DNA from: Bacteroidales bacterium
Lineage (GTDB): Bacteria; Bacteroidota; Bacteroidia; Bacteroidales; P3
Reading direction: 5' to 3'
Assembly: GCA_017455205.1 (NCBI GenBank)
Contig: JAFTBM010000035.1
Span: 2,933-66,932, forward strand
DNA: 64,000 nucleotides
A program made the position numbers and the translations under genes. Numbering within the stretch: the first letter of the stretch is position 1; the number at the start of each line of letters is the position of its first letter. The notes beneath the pieces were generated by a model. The model did not search any database, was not told where the DNA came from, and worked only from the letters and a program-made list of their open reading frames with translations. Of the stretch, positions 61,979 to 64,000 are shown piece after piece.

Positions 61979-62878
61979 ATGAAAAAGGTATTCTTAACAC
62001 TTGCTCTGATGGTTGCAGTTGCATTTGCTTGCAGTGCACAGAGCATCATTGATGCCGACAATGGGCGCAATCCCAATGATTTCTATCAGCGGGGTATTGT
62101 GGTGGGGAAGAAGGCAATGCCTTACCCCTATCTGCGTGAAAGCGATGTGGTGTGGGAGACCACTATATGGCGTGATATTGATTTCAATGAGAGTTTTAAC
62201 CAGTTCTTCTATTTCCCAATAGAGGAGACGAGCGCACAGGGGAGGGTAAGTCTCATCAATTTGATTGTGTCCAAAGCCGAGAGTGGTGAGATTGACATAT
62301 ACGAGGACGATGATATGTCGGCTCCAATAGATTGGGAAGCTGCATGGCGAAATTTGGCTGGAACAGGTCGCACAGTACAAGTAAATGTTTTGGATCCAGA
62401 GACGGGAGCTCCTATGGAGGACGAGGATGGTGAATATGTGATGAAAGATTCTGTTACCACCCCCTCATTTGACAACGCCTCTGCAAAGAAAGTAAGGATC
62501 AAAGAGTTTTGGTATATTGACAAGCAGGATACACGTCAGAAGGTACGCATCGTGGCTCTGCAATTCCAGTTTCTTAAGCCCGCTGCCTCGCAGCAGGCCG
62601 AGGATCAGTTGGCATGGTCGTTCGTCATTCCGATGGATGAGATGAAGGTGCGGCAGATGCTGGTCAATGCCAATGCCTTTGAAGAGAATAATGTGGTGGC
62701 TGAACGCTCCTACGATGATGTCTTCATTGAGCGCTTTTTCGACAGCTACGTGGTACGCGAGTCGAACAAGTATAACCGTGCCATCAGCAGTTACCTCACG
62801 GGTCAGGATGCCATCTTCGAGTCGCAGCAGATAGAGAGCAGGATATTCGATATAGAGTCGGATATGTGGGAGTATTGA
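61979..62878 (+). CDS. porN: T9SS periplasmic ring component PorN/GldN
   Basis: Signal peptide. YLRESDVVWETTIWRDIDFNE matches the GldN signature. It is the last gene of the operon. Confidence 0.9.
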   Translation: MKKVFLTLALMVAVAFACSAQSIIDADNGRNPNDFYQRGIVVGKKAMPYPYLRESDVVWETTIWRDIDFNESFNQFFYFPIEETSAQGRVSLINLIVSKAESGEIDIYEDDDMSAPIDWEAAWRNLAGTGRTVQVNVLDPETGAPMEDEDGEYVMKDSVTTPSFDNASAKKVRIKEFWYIDKQDTRQKVRIVALQFQFLKPAASQQAEDQLAWSFVIPMDEMKVRQMLVNANAFEENNVVAERSYDDVFIERFFDSYVVRESNKYNRAISSYLTGQDAIFESQQIESRIFDIESDMWEY

Positions 62879-62897
62879 TGCAGTGTTGCACCTCAAG

Positions 62898-62937
62898 AAA
62901 TCGGGGGAGTTGGCTCAATGTCCATCTCCCCCGATTT
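62898..62937. terminator. Bidirectional terminator hairpin between convergent porN and proS
   Basis: Perfect 11-bp stem AAATCGGGGGA / TCCCCCGATTT, followed by GTTT on the plus strand. Confidence 0.6.
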
Positions 62938-62965
62938 GTTTCGTTTGTTGCGATTATCGCTTCGG

Positions 62966-64000
62966 TCAGTAGCTGCGGGCGAAGACGACGCGGCGGTGAC
63001 TGGGGCGGCCGCTGTAGATGCACTTGCCTTCTTCCTCGGGAGCATCGAAGGGGATGCAGCGGATGGTGGCTTTGGTCTCCTCCTTGATGCGTTCCTCGGT
63101 CTCTGCGGTGCCATCCCAATGGCAGAGGAGGAACCCGTTCTTCTCGATCTCGACCTTGAAGTCGTCCCAGGTGTCGACACGGCGGGTCATGCTGGCGCGG
63201 AAGTCGGCCGCTTTCTTGAACAAATTGGCTTGAATATCTTCCATCAGCTGAGCCACATGGTCGGCAATACCCTCGAGGGGAAGGGTGGCCTTCTCAAGCG
63301 TGTCGCGGCGGCGCACCTCGCAGGTGCCGTTTTCCATATCGCGGGCACCGATGGCCAGCTGCACGGGTACGCCCTTGAACTCGTATTCGGTGAACTTCCA
63401 GCCAGGCTTGTATTCGGGTCGGTTGTCGTATTTCACCGTAAGACCTTTGGCCTCGAGGGCACGGACGATGGGGGCGATGTGTTCGTCAAGCTGTCGCTGC
63501 TGCTCCTCGCTCTTGCAGATGGGGACGATGGCCACATGGATGGGAGCCAGGTGCGGCGGCAGGACGAGGCCGTTGTCGTCGGAGTGGGTCATGATGAGGG
63601 CACCCATCAGGCGGGTGCTGACGCCCCACGAGGTGGCCCAGACATACTCCAGTTTGTTCTCTTTATTCAAGAATTGCACCTCGAAGGCCTTGGCGAAGTT
63701 CTGGCCGAGGAAGTGGCTGGTGCCGGCCTGCAAGGCCTTGCCGTCCTGCATCATGGCCTCAATGCAGAGGGTGTCCAGTGCACCGGCGAAGCGCTCGTTG
63801 GGACTCTTGTGGCCCTTGATGACAGGCATAGCCATGTAGTGCTCGGCGAAGTCGGCATAGACCTCGAGCATGCGGCGCACCTCGGCCTCGGCCTCCTCAC
63901 GGGTGGCGTGGGCGGTATGGCCTTCCTGCCAGAGGAACTCGGCGGTGCGGAGGAACATGCGGGTGCGCATCTCCCAGCGCACGACGTTGGCCCACTGGTT
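62966..64000 (-). CDS. proS: Prolyl-tRNA synthetase, C-terminal part (gene continues past the window end)
   Basis: Class II core and anticodon-binding region ([38 protein letters not shown]). The C-terminal Zn-like domain ends ...RVVFARSY. The frame is open to position 64000. Confidence 0.95.
   Translation of the reverse strand, partial: NQWANVVRWEMRTRMFLRTAEFLWQEGHTAHATREEAEAEVRRMLEVYADFAEHYMAMPVIKGHKSPNERFAGALDTLCIEAMMQDGKALQAGTSHFLGQNFAKAFEVQFLNKENKLEYVWATSWGVSTRLMGALIMTHSDDNGLVLPPHLAPIHVAIVPICKSEEQQRQLDEHIAPIVRALEAKGLTVKYDNRPEYKPGWKFTEYEFKGVPVQLAIGARDMENGTCEVRRRDTLEKATLPLEGIADHVAQLMEDIQANLFKKAADFRASMTRRVDTWDDFKVEIEKNGFLLCHWDGTAETEERIKEETKATIRCIPFDAPEEEGKCIYSGRPSHRRVVFARSY

Noticed and set aside
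1-64000. Scan of intergenic regions for tRNA, rRNA, tmRNA, RNase P, SRP RNA or known riboswitch signatures
   Set aside because: Nothing resembling these was seen by eye (no tRNA cloverleaf ends, no tmRNA tag ORF, no B12/TPP/SAM boxes). A covariance-model scan would be needed to exclude small RNAs.

Overview
The window is a GC-rich Bacteroidota chromosome segment, Bacteroidales/Prevotellaceae-like. This is judged from TAnnTTTG -7 promoter boxes, the lack of Shine-Dalgarno sites and the gene content. All calls come from reading the sequence and ORF translations. No searches or statistics were run, so family names are recognition-level and compositional statements are by eye or small hand counts.

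Content in order:
- 1-3.6 kb: an AT-richer island with a Cys-rich lipoprotein, a MauE/DoxX-thioredoxin membrane protein and an AbiEi/AbiEii module.
- 3.7-4.8 kb: an SDR oxidoreductase and a decayed GNAT remnant.
- 5.6-19.1 kb: a six-gene same-strand surface operon. It encodes a lipoprotein, an OM beta-barrel, a mini T9SS-CTD protein, two giant proteins without a CTD (tail-fibre-like N-terminus, Cys-repeats, FISUMP/DUF1566-like lectin-type domains) and an LRR protein with a T9SS CTD.
- 19.7-30.1 kb: housekeeping genes (GT4, clpP, trmD, M23/LysM peptidase, D-Ala-D-Ala dipeptidase, deaminase, SIMPL, GH43, lepA), a YafQ-type toxin-antitoxin pair and an EEP nuclease/phosphatase.
- 31.2-43.0 kb: a 3,932-aa T9SS cargo protein.
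- 43.1-56.3 kb: tilS, a DUF5103 T9SS plug-like protein, miaB, a PASTA protein, another CTD cargo, rluD, an LD-carboxypeptidase, kdsC and rlpA.
- 56.8-64.0 kb: the porP-porK-porL-porM-porN (gldKLMN) T9SS core operon and the 3' part of proS.

No rRNA, tRNA, CRISPR array, transposase or integrase was recognised.

The most unusual signals are non-genic:
- A set of intergenic tandem-word hairpins, where a short 7- or 11-nt word is repeated in tandem and then repeated as its reverse complement. Identical words recur at distant loci, including upstream of both the fibre operon and the por operon.
- A dispersed pyrimidine/purine mirror element present in two inverted copies.
- G-rich, C-depleted tracts upstream of promoters.
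- Domains of G-ending versus C-ending synonymous codons that switch inside ORFs.
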